DNA of 64,000 nucleotides from an uncultured delta proteobacterium. GTDB lineage: Bacteria; Desulfobacterota; Syntrophia; Syntrophales; UBA2192. The position numbers and the translations under genes were made by a program. Within the stretch, counting starts at the first letter, position 1. Every line of letters starts with the position of its first letter. The notes beneath the pieces are model-generated. The model did no database searches. It had not been told where the DNA came from and saw only the letters and a list, made by a program, of their open reading frames with translations. Below, piece after piece: positions 26,784 to 37,034 of this stretch. The stretch is taken from assembly GCA_963705165.1 (NCBI GenBank), contig CAVPJD010000011.1, forward strand, positions 128,001 through 192,000, written 5' to 3'.

Positions 26784-27794
26784 ATGAACGAATTGAATGG
26801 TATGTCGACAGGGAGCAGATGGCAAAAGCAATTCTTGCCCTGGGTTGTTTTCGCCCTGATGCTCGCCCTGTTGGGTCTATTCATGGCCCAGGAGAAGGAT
26901 CTTGCCTCCGTGCTTCTTCGCGTGAGCATGCTTTCCCTTGCCGGACTGTTCCTGATCCAGTGCCTGTTCAACGCGGTTTCGGGTCTGGTACTGAGAGAGT
27001 TGTCTCTCTTCTTCGGTGTGAGGCTGAACGGCACAGAATGGTATGGGCTTCCTGCCGCAACGACGATGGGAAACTACCTGACGCCCGCCTCCGGCGGCCT
27101 CGTGGCTCGAGCCGTATACCTGAAACAGCGTTACGGCATGTCGTACCCCCGGTTTCTGACACTCCTTTCGTCAGGGTACCTGATCAACTTCCTGGTCATA
27201 TCGGCGGTCGGCTTTTTCATCGTCATCGGCAAGTATCGCCACGACATGCATGTCTTGCCCCTGGCCTTTTTCTTCCTGGCCGTTTGCACGGTCATCCTCT
27301 TTCTGCTCCATCGACCCGTGCCTTTGCCCGATGGCGAGGGCCGAATAAGGCGGATCCTCCGTGATGTCGTCGGCGGCTGGACCCTGATGAAAAGCAATCC
27401 TGTTTTGCTCGGAAAGCTGATCTTGTTGACCCTGGCCAACATCCTGCTCGGCAGCAGCTCCCTGTGGCTTGCCTTCGACGCCCTCGGGTATCCCATTCCC
27501 GGCTTGGATGCCATACTGTTAAACCTCCTCCAGGCCTTTTCGCTTTTAGTCAGCATCACGCCGGGCAACCTCGGGGTGCAGGAAATAGTCGTCAGCCTGT
27601 CGTCAGGCCTGCTGGGACATGGTTTGGGTGCCGGGCTCCTGGCGGCGCTGCTCATCCGGGTTGTCACCGTGCTTTTTATCCTTACCCACGGCCCGTTATT
27701 CAGTTATCTCCTGTCGAAGGAGTTGGTTGCTCCCCGGAGCATGAATCAGATTGGCGGCGAGGGCAGGACGTCGGAGAAGAAAGAAAATCCTTGA
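26784..27794 (+). CDS. Lysylphosphatidylglycerol-synthase TM domain (UPF0104/AglD-like) flippase-like membrane protein
   Basis: NYLTPASGGLVARAVYLK, SITPGNLGVQE, AALLIRVV; multiple TM helices; start uncertain. Confidence 0.8.
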   Translation: MNELNGMSTGSRWQKQFLPWVVFALMLALLGLFMAQEKDLASVLLRVSMLSLAGLFLIQCLFNAVSGLVLRELSLFFGVRLNGTEWYGLPAATTMGNYLTPASGGLVARAVYLKQRYGMSYPRFLTLLSSGYLINFLVISAVGFFIVIGKYRHDMHVLPLAFFFLAVCTVILFLLHRPVPLPDGEGRIRRILRDVVGGWTLMKSNPVLLGKLILLTLANILLGSSSLWLAFDALGYPIPGLDAILLNLLQAFSLLVSITPGNLGVQEIVVSLSSGLLGHGLGAGLLAALLIRVVTVLFILTHGPLFSYLLSKELVAPRSMNQIGGEGRTSEKKENP

Positions 27795-27859
27795 GCTGCC
27801 AATCACGGCGGGGATAATAAGCACACATAATGAGTCATGCCCGTAAACGCGGAGACGCC

Positions 27860-29965
27860 ATGCTGACCAAAAAAAACGGGTTCACGTTACCCTGGAGATT
27901 TGAGATCTCCTTCGATCGCGGGGCGGCGTTCGCGTTTGTCGCTCTTTTTGCAACCCTGCTGCTCATCTATTCGAACAGCTTCAAAGGCGAGTGGCATTTC
28001 GATGACTTCGTCAACATCGTCGAGAACCGATGTGTCCATCTGGAACGTATCAGCCCGAATGACCTTTCGCGGTCCCTCTACGGCATCACCTGCGAAGCGG
28101 CGGAACGACGGATTTCCCGCCCTGTTGTTTACGGAAGTTTTGCCCTGAATTATCTCTTCGGCGGAACGGACGTCATCGGTTACCATGTCGTCAATTTCGT
28201 CATTCATTTTACCGCAGCCTTTTTCCTGTTTCTCCTGATCAGGGTGACACTTACACTGCCGACCATGAAAGAGCGGTACGGCAGCATCGCCTACCCCGTC
28301 GCCCTGCTGTCAGCGTTCCTCTGGGCAACAAGCCCGCTGCACGTCCACGCCGTAACGATCATTGTACAGCGGATGGCGAGCCTTGCAGGACTGGGTTACG
28401 TCATGTCCCTCTACTTCTACGTAAGGGCGCGAACGGCAACAACCGGAAGAGGTGCAATCGTATTCTTTCTGCTCAGCGGTACAGGCGCCCTGGTGGCCTT
28501 CGGTACGAAGGAGAACACGGCCGTGTTGCCGATTGCCCTTTTGCTCTACGACCTCTTTTTCATCCAGGGGATATCGGCGGATTCCGCGAAGAAAACAATG
28601 AAATGGGCTGCCCTGCCTTTTGCAATCGTGCTGGTGCTGGGGTGGCTCTACACAGATTTCTCTATGGAGCGTGCCGTCTACGAGTCCGGGGTGAGACCCT
28701 TTTCGCCGATGGAGCGGCTCATGACACAGGGGAGGGTACTCTTTTTCTATGTGTCTTTGCTTCTGTACCCCATCCCTTCTAGATTGACGCTTCTTCACGA
28801 TATCGACATCTCGCGCACGCTCTTCGATCCATGGACAACATTGGCCGCAATCGTTGGGATCGTTATCTGCCTGCTTTTTACCGCCCTGAAGGCAAAGAAG
28901 TACCCCCTGCTCTCATTCGCCATCCTCTTCTTCTTCCTGAATCACCTCGTGGAGGGGACGGTGATTCCCTTGGAGCTTATCTTCGAGCACCGCAACTACA
29001 TTCCATCGATGTTCTTCTTCGTGCCGATAGCGTTCGGGATTATCCGCTGCCTGGACTATTTCTCCTACAGCAGGGGCTTTCAGGTTTTCCTGGCCGCAGG
29101 CTTCGCACTGCTCCTGGCTTTCCAGGGGCACACGACCTTCGAGCGAAACGACATTGTCCGCTCCGATGTCCATCTCTGGCTCGACAATGTCAGGAAGGCC
29201 CCCGACCTCAGCCGCCCCCGCATCAATCTGGCAAAGCAATATTATGAAGCAGGGATGTACGAGGAGGCCGTGCGCGAGATGAAAACCGCCGAAGAGCTGA
29301 ACCGGGACACCAATCTCAGGCAGATCGGCCTTGCATCTTACAATTTGGGGGTCTACTACCTCTACCAGGCAAAGGATATCGACCGTGCCGAGCAACAGTT
29401 TCTCAAGACCCTGGAGCGATTCCCGGGTCACACCTCCGCAATCGTAGGCCTGGCAACGGTTCACCTCAGAAGAGGGAATGTAGAAAAGGCATGGGTCCTC
29501 ATGCAGGAGCATGCGCCCAGGCACCGCAACGACGTGGAGATGATCAACGGTTACGGGCTGGTGCTCCTGAAAAAGGGGAATGCGCAGGGCGCGCTCAAGG
29601 CGGCGGCATTGTCCATGAGCCTCAAATGGAACGACCCGCAGTCCTGGGAGATATCGGGAGAGGCATGGCGGATGCTCGGGCAGTGGCAGAAGGCCGCCCA
29701 GTGCTGGGAAGAGGCCCTGCGCCTGAACCCGGTTAACCCGCGAGCGCAGCTGGCCCTCGTGGAACTATATGATCGGTTGAAGGACGGCCCGGCCCTTTCC
29801 CGCATGGCGGCGCGATGCATGGCGCTCAAGGGTACAAAGCCCCTGGATGAATGGCTTGCCGAACTCGCCGGTAATTCCGGGGTGTCGGCGTATGAGGTGA
29901 ATCCCGGGATGCTGGGCCGGATTATTCGGAGGGAAATCGGCAGGGAGTTGACTCGGAGGAGATGA
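27860..29965 (+). CDS. TMTC-like GT-C membrane glycosyltransferase with C-terminal TPRs
   Basis: YSNSF..WHFDD first-loop acidic motif, SRP, YHVVNFVIH, PLHVHAVTIIVQR, TKE, FEHRNYIPS, LWLDNVRKAP, then TPR helices. Confidence 0.82.
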   Translation: MLTKKNGFTLPWRFEISFDRGAAFAFVALFATLLLIYSNSFKGEWHFDDFVNIVENRCVHLERISPNDLSRSLYGITCEAAERRISRPVVYGSFALNYLFGGTDVIGYHVVNFVIHFTAAFFLFLLIRVTLTLPTMKERYGSIAYPVALLSAFLWATSPLHVHAVTIIVQRMASLAGLGYVMSLYFYVRARTATTGRGAIVFFLLSGTGALVAFGTKENTAVLPIALLLYDLFFIQGISADSAKKTMKWAALPFAIVLVLGWLYTDFSMERAVYESGVRPFSPMERLMTQGRVLFFYVSLLLYPIPSRLTLLHDIDISRTLFDPWTTLAAIVGIVICLLFTALKAKKYPLLSFAILFFFLNHLVEGTVIPLELIFEHRNYIPSMFFFVPIAFGIIRCLDYFSYSRGFQVFLAAGFALLLAFQGHTTFERNDIVRSDVHLWLDNVRKAPDLSRPRINLAKQYYEAGMYEEAVREMKTAEELNRDTNLRQIGLASYNLGVYYLYQAKDIDRAEQQFLKTLERFPGHTSAIVGLATVHLRRGNVEKAWVLMQEHAPRHRNDVEMINGYGLVLLKKGNAQGALKAAALSMSLKWNDPQSWEISGEAWRMLGQWQKAAQCWEEALRLNPVNPRAQLALVELYDRLKDGPALSRMAARCMALKGTKPLDEWLAELAGNSGVSAYEVNPGMLGRIIRREIGRELTRRR

Positions 29966-29994
29966 TTGAGGGTAGTGCGTTTTATGAGGTCGCG

Positions 29995-30369
29995 CTATTT
30001 CGGCAACAGCCACACGCCGCTGTTGGTGCCCGGCACGCCGCCTATGCCTGAGGCAATAATTTTGATGTCCGACGAAGCCCCCGCGAGTGAAAAACTCAGG
30101 GTGTAGTCTCCCACACTTGTCGTGTTGCCGACGGCTAAGACAAGGCTGGTGGCGCCCGGCGGCGAAGCATTCTCCAGGAAAAGCCTGGCGTAATTTATGG
30201 AGAGACGGGCCTTGCCCTCCGTCACGGCCTGAAGGGCCGCTTTGTTCTGTGATTCCCGGGTGATATCGTAGAATTTGGGAACGGCAATAGAGGCGAGGAC
30301 CCCGAGGATGACGAGAGTCGCTATCAGCTCGATCAGGGTGAACCCCCTCTGAGAACGGCGCAAAGACAT
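29995..30369 (-). CDS. pilA: Type IV pilin, paralogue 2
   Basis: QRG/FTLIELIATLVILGVLASIAVPKF; collinear with the upstream pilin (QAVxEGKxRL, GDYTL, GTNSxVW). Confidence 0.85.
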   Translation of the reverse strand: MSLRRSQRGFTLIELIATLVILGVLASIAVPKFYDITRESQNKAALQAVTEGKARLSINYARLFLENASPPGATSLVLAVGNTTSVGDYTLSFSLAGASSDIKIIASGIGGVPGTNSGVWLLPK

Positions 30370-30438
30370 AGACGCGTTACAGCCTCATTCCTGTATTTTA
30401 CAACCGGAACAAACCCGCAATCGCCGTCTTTGCGACAA

Positions 30439-30463
30439 GGAAGCGGTCCTGCAGACCGCTTCC
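30439..30463 (-). terminator. Hairpin between the two pilin genes (leaky terminator or stabiliser)
   Basis: ggaagcggtc ctgca gaccgcttcc, weak U tail on the minus strand. Confidence 0.55.
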
Positions 30464-30541
30464 TCCTCGAGAGGAGGAACGATACGACGAAAGGCCGCAA
30501 AGCAGTAGCCTCCGTCCATCGATCCTGTTATACAATACTGG

Positions 30542-30934
30542 CTATTGCGGTCTGATCCAGACGCTTGAGTTCGTCCCTTTAACGGATCCGACTCCGTCCG
30601 CTTTCACGTTGATTTGAGAATTTGAAACTTTCGTAAAGGTTAATGTGTAGTCCCCTGCATTCTTGAGAGTCGGGTCTACTACATTAACCTGGTTCAGCAT
30701 AAAATCCACGGTGCTTGTCGTGGATGAAAGAAGGTTCCTCGCAAACTGATTGGACAGCCTGGATTTTCCCTCGGCGACGGCCTGCATGGCGGCTTTGTCC
30801 GATGCGACACTCGTCAGGTCCATGAACCTGGGAATGGCGACGGCCGCGAGAATCCCCAGGATCACCAGCACGGCAATGATTTCGATCAACGTAAAACCTT
30901 TCTGATTACTCACTTTCGATCGCCTCCTTGACAT
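30542..30934 (-). CDS. pilA: Type IV major pilin, paralogue 1
   Basis: QKG/FTLIEIIAVLVILGILAAVAIPRF; strong RBS GAAGGAGG; own sigma-54 promoter. Confidence 0.92.
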   Translation of the reverse strand: MSRRRSKVSNQKGFTLIEIIAVLVILGILAAVAIPRFMDLTSVASDKAAMQAVAEGKSRLSNQFARNLLSSTTSTVDFMLNQVNVVDPTLKNAGDYTLTFTKVSNSQINVKADGVGSVKGTNSSVWIRPQ

Positions 30935-31243
30935 GGTCACAAGCCCTCCTTCACATTGTAGATTTCTCTCTCTTCAGACTCCGTAAACCCCATTTATCGC
31001 ACGTTCGTGCGGCGACCGGCGGCACACCAGATTCCCCAACCAGGTGTACCTGTCCGAAAGGTGGCGCATTCTAAACTATTTCGTCCCGTTTTTCCACAGT
31101 TTTTCAGCCTCCAGGGCCCCTGGAGATCATCCCCGCACTGCTTGCCGGCCTGCTGAAACATGCAGGGTCAAAACCCCTGGTCAACGGGTGATCCATCACC
31201 ACCGACGGATGCCGGTCCTTCAAAATGACCTGCACAACGTCGG

Positions 31244-31259
31244 AGCATCATCCATGCCA
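31244..31259 (-). promoter_or_regulatory. Sigma-54 promoter for the pilin genes
   Basis: Minus strand TGGCATGGATGATGCT, GG-N10-GC. Confidence 0.7.
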
Positions 31260-31369
31260 CGGGGAAAGGCAGTCAACCCGTAAAATAAAAAGGCCGCGGG
31301 TTTTCAGCACCTTAAACATGCTTTTTCCGTGCCGGGAGGACTCACCGGACCCGTTTGCGGCAGGGAAAA

Positions 31370-31407
31370 CTGACATAAATTGTTGTAATGTCTACATATT
31401 ATGTAGA
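31370..31407. promoter_or_regulatory. Candidate tandem enhancer sites (UAS) for the pilin promoter
   Basis: Palindrome TCTACATA-T-TATGTAGA (31391-31407) and imperfect TGACA-TAAAT-TGTTG, 110-150 bp upstream of the -24 box. Confidence 0.55.
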
Positions 31408-32724
31408 TTTCCTGATCGTTGTGACGTCGATGTCGTACTTTTTCACCCGGTGCCAGAGGCTTCGCTCCTTGATCCCCAGTATCTGGGCGGCCTTGACCTG
31501 GACCCCGTCGGCCCGGGTGAGGGCATCGATGATAAACCGTTTCTCGATCTCCGCAAGCCGGTCATCGATGCTGGCCTGCTCGGAAACCTCCTGTATGGCC
31601 TGACCCACCAGCCCCCCGGAGACCTGTACCGGAAGATGCTGGGGCTCGATGAGCCCGTTTTCCGTCATGACGGCTGCCCGTTCGATGACGTTCTTGAGTT
31701 CCCGGACGTTGCCGGGCCAGTGAAACCCCATGAGGGTCTGCAGGGCCTTCGGCGAGATCTCCGCCGTTTTCGGCGCCGTTTCAACGAATCCCTGGGCGAG
31801 AGAAGGAATATCCTCCCGACGTTCTCTCAGGGGGGGAAGGTGGAGGGAAAAGACATTTAGACGGTAGAAAAGATCTTCCCTGAATTTCCCTTCCTGGACA
31901 ATTTTCATGAGGTTCTTGTTCGTCGATGCGATGAAGCGGACGTCGACCCGGATCGTCTTTGTCCCGCCCACCCGCTCGAACTCCTTTTCCTGCAGGACCC
32001 GAAGCAGTTTGGCCTGGGTCGTGAGCGGCATATCGCCGATCTCGTCCAGAAGAATGGTGCCCCCATGGGCCAGCTCGAACTTGCCCCGTTTCTGAGTCGT
32101 GGCGCCCGTGAAGGACCCCTTTTCGTGGCCGAAAAGCTCGCTCTCCAGAAGGCCCTCGGGAATGGCGACACAGTTGAGCTTGATGAAGGGGCCCTCCTTT
32201 CGGAGACTGTGCTGATAAATGCCCTGGGCGACGAGTTCTTTTCCCGTGCCGCTCTCCCCCGTGATGAGAACCGTGGCGTCCGTAGGTGCCACCTTGAGGA
32301 TCTGGCTGAAGATCCCCCGTATGACCTTGCTCTGGCCGATGATCTCGGGAAAGAGCTCCCGGGCCTCCACCTTGGAGAGCATGCTCGTGACCTGTTCGAA
32401 GATGAGGTTGAACTGGCTGATGTCGTCGGCCTTCTGATCCACGGCGCTCTGGAGCTGGGATTTCGGAAAGGCGGGCAGGTTCTCCGCGTCCCGGATGAAC
32501 TTCTTGATGGGTCTCAGGATCAGCCAGGTCACGAGCAGCGCGCACAGAAAGGTGAACAACGCGATGCCGATCCCCCAGGACTTCAGAAGCCATGGCGTCT
32601 CAACGTTGTACCTCGCGTAGAAATCGACGATCTGATAGGTGACGATCACGGCAAAGATCGTGATGCCGCTGAAGATGATGGGGATCAGGATATAGAGACT
32701 GATCTGGAACCGTGATTTCTGCAT
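31399..32724 (-). CDS. Membrane-anchored sigma-54 enhancer-binding protein (2 TM + HAMP-like + AAA+ + HTH, no receiver)
   Basis: Two N-terminal hydrophobic helices, RPIKKF...DDISQFNLIFEQV (HAMP-like), GESGTGKE, ESELFGHEKGSFTGA, WPGNVREL, KAAQILGIKERSLWHRVKK. Confidence 0.9.
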   Translation of the reverse strand: MQKSRFQISLYILIPIIFSGITIFAVIVTYQIVDFYARYNVETPWLLKSWGIGIALFTFLCALLVTWLILRPIKKFIRDAENLPAFPKSQLQSAVDQKADDISQFNLIFEQVTSMLSKVEARELFPEIIGQSKVIRGIFSQILKVAPTDATVLITGESGTGKELVAQGIYQHSLRKEGPFIKLNCVAIPEGLLESELFGHEKGSFTGATTQKRGKFELAHGGTILLDEIGDMPLTTQAKLLRVLQEKEFERVGGTKTIRVDVRFIASTNKNLMKIVQEGKFREDLFYRLNVFSLHLPPLRERREDIPSLAQGFVETAPKTAEISPKALQTLMGFHWPGNVRELKNVIERAAVMTENGLIEPQHLPVQVSGGLVGQAIQEVSEQASIDDRLAEIEKRFIIDALTRADGVQVKAAQILGIKERSLWHRVKKYDIDVTTIRKST

Positions 32725-32731
32725 ATCGGCC

Positions 32732-33967
32732 TTAAAATCCCTTGGTGGCGACCTTGGTCAGATCCCACATGGGCAGGAAGACGGCGAGGGCAAAAAACCC
32801 GACGACAAAGGCAAGCCCCACGACCAGGATCGGCCCGATGGCATCGGAGAGGCGTTTTACCGCGAAGGCCACCTCGTCATCGTAGTGGACGGAAACGGCC
32901 TGGAGCATCTCGTCGAGCTGGCCCGACTCCTCCCCGATCGCAACCATCTGGATGACCATGGGGGGGAAGTACCGGGCCGTGCTGAGAGGCCCCGAGATCC
33001 CCCGTCCCTCCTCCACCCGGTCCCTCACCTTGTCGAACTCGCGGGAAATGGCCGTGTTCCCGATCGTTCCCGACAGGATCTGCAGGGAATTCATGACAGG
33101 GACACCGCTTGCCTGGAGAATGGAGAAGATGCTGGCAAAACGGGACATGGCCCCCTTCATGAAGAGAGGCCCCAGCAGTGGGATCCGCAGCAGGAACGCG
33201 TCCCTCACGAAGCGCCCCTGGTCCGTCCTGAAATAATAACTTGCGCCCCCAATCAGGGCAATGAGCAGGACAAGGGTGAAGATCCAGTAATCCGTCATGA
33301 GATGGTGAAGAAAGAGGCTCACCTTCGTCGGCCAGGGCAGGTCAAGACCCGCCTTGGAGAAGATGCCCACGAAACGGGGGATGACATAGTTGAGAAGCAC
33401 AAAGAAGGCGATCCCCAGGGCCGCGACGACGATGATCGGGTACTGGAGGGCCGATTTCACATCGGACTTGATCTTGTGCTCGTGCTCGAGGATGTAGATC
33501 AGCCGCTGCAGCACCTCCGGGATGGTGCCGCTGGCCTCGCCGGCCTTGATCATGCTGCGATAGAGGGTGTTGAACGTCGTCGGGTGCTTCGCCATGGAGT
33601 CGGAAAGAGGGGAGCCTTCCCGGACATCCTGGGTGATTTCCGTCACGATCCGCTTGAGTTTCGGATTGACCACCTGAACCTCAAGGACCTCCAGGAGCCG
33701 CATGATCGGAACGCCGGCAAGAAACATGGTGCGGAACTGCTTCGTGAACAGGATGATCTCCTGCATCGAGACCCCGGAGAATCTCTGCTGCAGGCTCTCC
33801 CACGAGAACCCGAAGAGGGCGCCTCGCTCAGACGCGACGGCAACGCGGGACGGGATGTAGCCCCGGCCGAGCAGAAGCGTCCGGGCCGCATCGAGCGATT
33901 CCGCATCGATGACGCCGGAGATGCTCATGCCGGTCTCATTAATGGCCTCGTAGGAATATTTCGGCAT
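32732..33967 (-). CDS. pilC: Type IV pilus platform protein PilC/MshG (T2SSF family)
   Basis: FTKQFRTM..AGVP, AGEASGTI, SALQYP, IGEESGQLDEML, LAVFLPMW. Confidence 0.95.
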   Translation of the reverse strand: MPKYSYEAINETGMSISGVIDAESLDAARTLLLGRGYIPSRVAVASERGALFGFSWESLQQRFSGVSMQEIILFTKQFRTMFLAGVPIMRLLEVLEVQVVNPKLKRIVTEITQDVREGSPLSDSMAKHPTTFNTLYRSMIKAGEASGTIPEVLQRLIYILEHEHKIKSDVKSALQYPIIVVAALGIAFFVLLNYVIPRFVGIFSKAGLDLPWPTKVSLFLHHLMTDYWIFTLVLLIALIGGASYYFRTDQGRFVRDAFLLRIPLLGPLFMKGAMSRFASIFSILQASGVPVMNSLQILSGTIGNTAISREFDKVRDRVEEGRGISGPLSTARYFPPMVIQMVAIGEESGQLDEMLQAVSVHYDDEVAFAVKRLSDAIGPILVVGLAFVVGFFALAVFLPMWDLTKVATKGF

Positions 33968-33975
33968 CTTAACTT

Positions 33976-34017
33976 CAGTGATCAGTGATCAGTGATTAGT
34001 GGCCAGTGGCCAGTGAA
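33976..34017. repeat. Heptamer array (CAGTGAT/CAGTGGC)x6
   Basis: cagtgat cagtgat cagtgat tagtggc cagtggc cagtgaa, within the pilB-pilC spacer. Confidence 0.85.
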
Positions 34018-34084
34018 ATTCAAAGAATGAAAGGGCTCTGTTCTTCTCTCCCCCCCTGCACCCTATACCCGATACCCTGGCCCC

Positions 34085-35824
<1,740 letters not shown>

Positions 35825-35913
35825 GGTTTGACTCCCTACATGCCTTGTTGATGCCGAAAAATCAACCCCCTATCCCGCAGGCCCGACAGGGCGCAAGCGC
35901 AGGAAACGAGGAT

Positions 35914-37032
35914 TCAATTGCCGGCCTGCTCCTTCGGGATGTTCTTCCGGAAGAGGGAAGGCCCGGCTGGCTCCGCTGCGCCGGCAAGAGGCCGGACGCC
36001 TGCCGTTGCAGGCTTGCGGACAACGGCCCTCACGGGATCCAGCGAATAGACGGTCTTGTCCGATACCCGGGCCTGGTAGGCCGCCACCGTCCTGTCGCCC
36101 GGTTCGCCCGCCACCTCCCGCTTGCCCGCAATCCCCGTCAGGACGGCCAGGGCAGCCACGCCCAGCGCGGCGGCCATCCCCCAGCCGATCGATCGCCGCC
36201 TCCGGCGGCGGGAGGCGCGGCTGCGGAGGCAGGACTGAACGAGAAACCAGCCTGCCCGGGAGCGGTTCCTGACGATCATCGACAGGATGACCTGGTGGCA
36301 GAGCATGACGACCTTGCGGGGCACACCCCCCGTGGCCAGGTAGATGGCGGCAAGGGCCGGTGTGGTGAACTCAACCGGTTCCTGGCCGGCCTGGCTGGCC
36401 TGGGCGATGCGGTGCTCGATCATCCGGCGCATCTGGGTGAAATCGAGCGGCTTGAGACGCAGGCAGACGTTCATCCGGTCAGCGAAGTTTTCCCTGCGCT
36501 CCAGGATGGCGTTGAACTCGGACTGCGCAAAGATGACGATCTGCAGGAGCTTGAAACGGTTCGTCTCGTAATTGAGAAACTCGCGCAGGATCTCGATACA
36601 GAACCCGGGAAGCTTCTGCCCTTCGTCGATGATGAGGACCACGACCTTGTCCTCGTCGATCCCCCGCCGGAAGAGGTGCTGCTTGATGGACTCCTTGAGC
36701 TGCCACTCCGTGAGTCCCGGGACGGAATCCACAGCGCCCATCATCCGGGCGATGCCCGCCAGGAACTGGATGGGCCCGCTGAAATCGGGGTCCATGAGCA
36801 GGTGAAACTCCACAGCGTCATCGCCGTGGAGCTTCCGGATCAGCATGCGTGACAGGGTTGTCTTCCCCGTGCCCACATCCCCGATGACCACGTTGAGCCC
36901 CCGGCGCAGGCGGATGGAGATCTCCAGCTGCTGCAGGCAGTTGACATGCTGGGGGGCCTCGAAGAAGAACTCCGGCTCCGGTGAGTTGGAGAAGGGTTCC
37001 CTGTCGAGGTTGAGGCTCGTGAAGTAATTCAT
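35914..37032 (-). CDS. ExeA/MshM-family AAA ATPase
   Basis: EPFSNSPEPEFFF, GDVGTGKTT, IIDEGQKL, TGGVPR, C-terminal TM helix. Confidence 0.9.
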   Translation of the reverse strand: MNYFTSLNLDREPFSNSPEPEFFFEAPQHVNCLQQLEISIRLRRGLNVVIGDVGTGKTTLSRMLIRKLHGDDAVEFHLLMDPDFSGPIQFLAGIARMMGAVDSVPGLTEWQLKESIKQHLFRRGIDEDKVVVLIIDEGQKLPGFCIEILREFLNYETNRFKLLQIVIFAQSEFNAILERRENFADRMNVCLRLKPLDFTQMRRMIEHRIAQASQAGQEPVEFTTPALAAIYLATGGVPRKVVMLCHQVILSMIVRNRSRAGWFLVQSCLRSRASRRRRRRSIGWGMAAALGVAALAVLTGIAGKREVAGEPGDRTVAAYQARVSDKTVYSLDPVRAVVRKPATAGVRPLAGAAEPAGPSLFRKNIPKEQAGN

Positions 37033-37034
37033 CT

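Noticed and set aside
29995..30934. Electrically conductive e-pilin
   Set aside because: Hand count gives 7/117 and 8/115 aromatic residues (about 6-7%), below the roughly 9% heuristic, and they are not short Geobacter-type pilins; conductivity cannot be inferred
30935..31243. c-di-GMP/cGAMP (GEMM-I) riboswitch in the pilA leader
   Set aside because: Could not find the GGxAAAC...GAAA...GACGCAAA core on either strand; an Infernal scan would settle it
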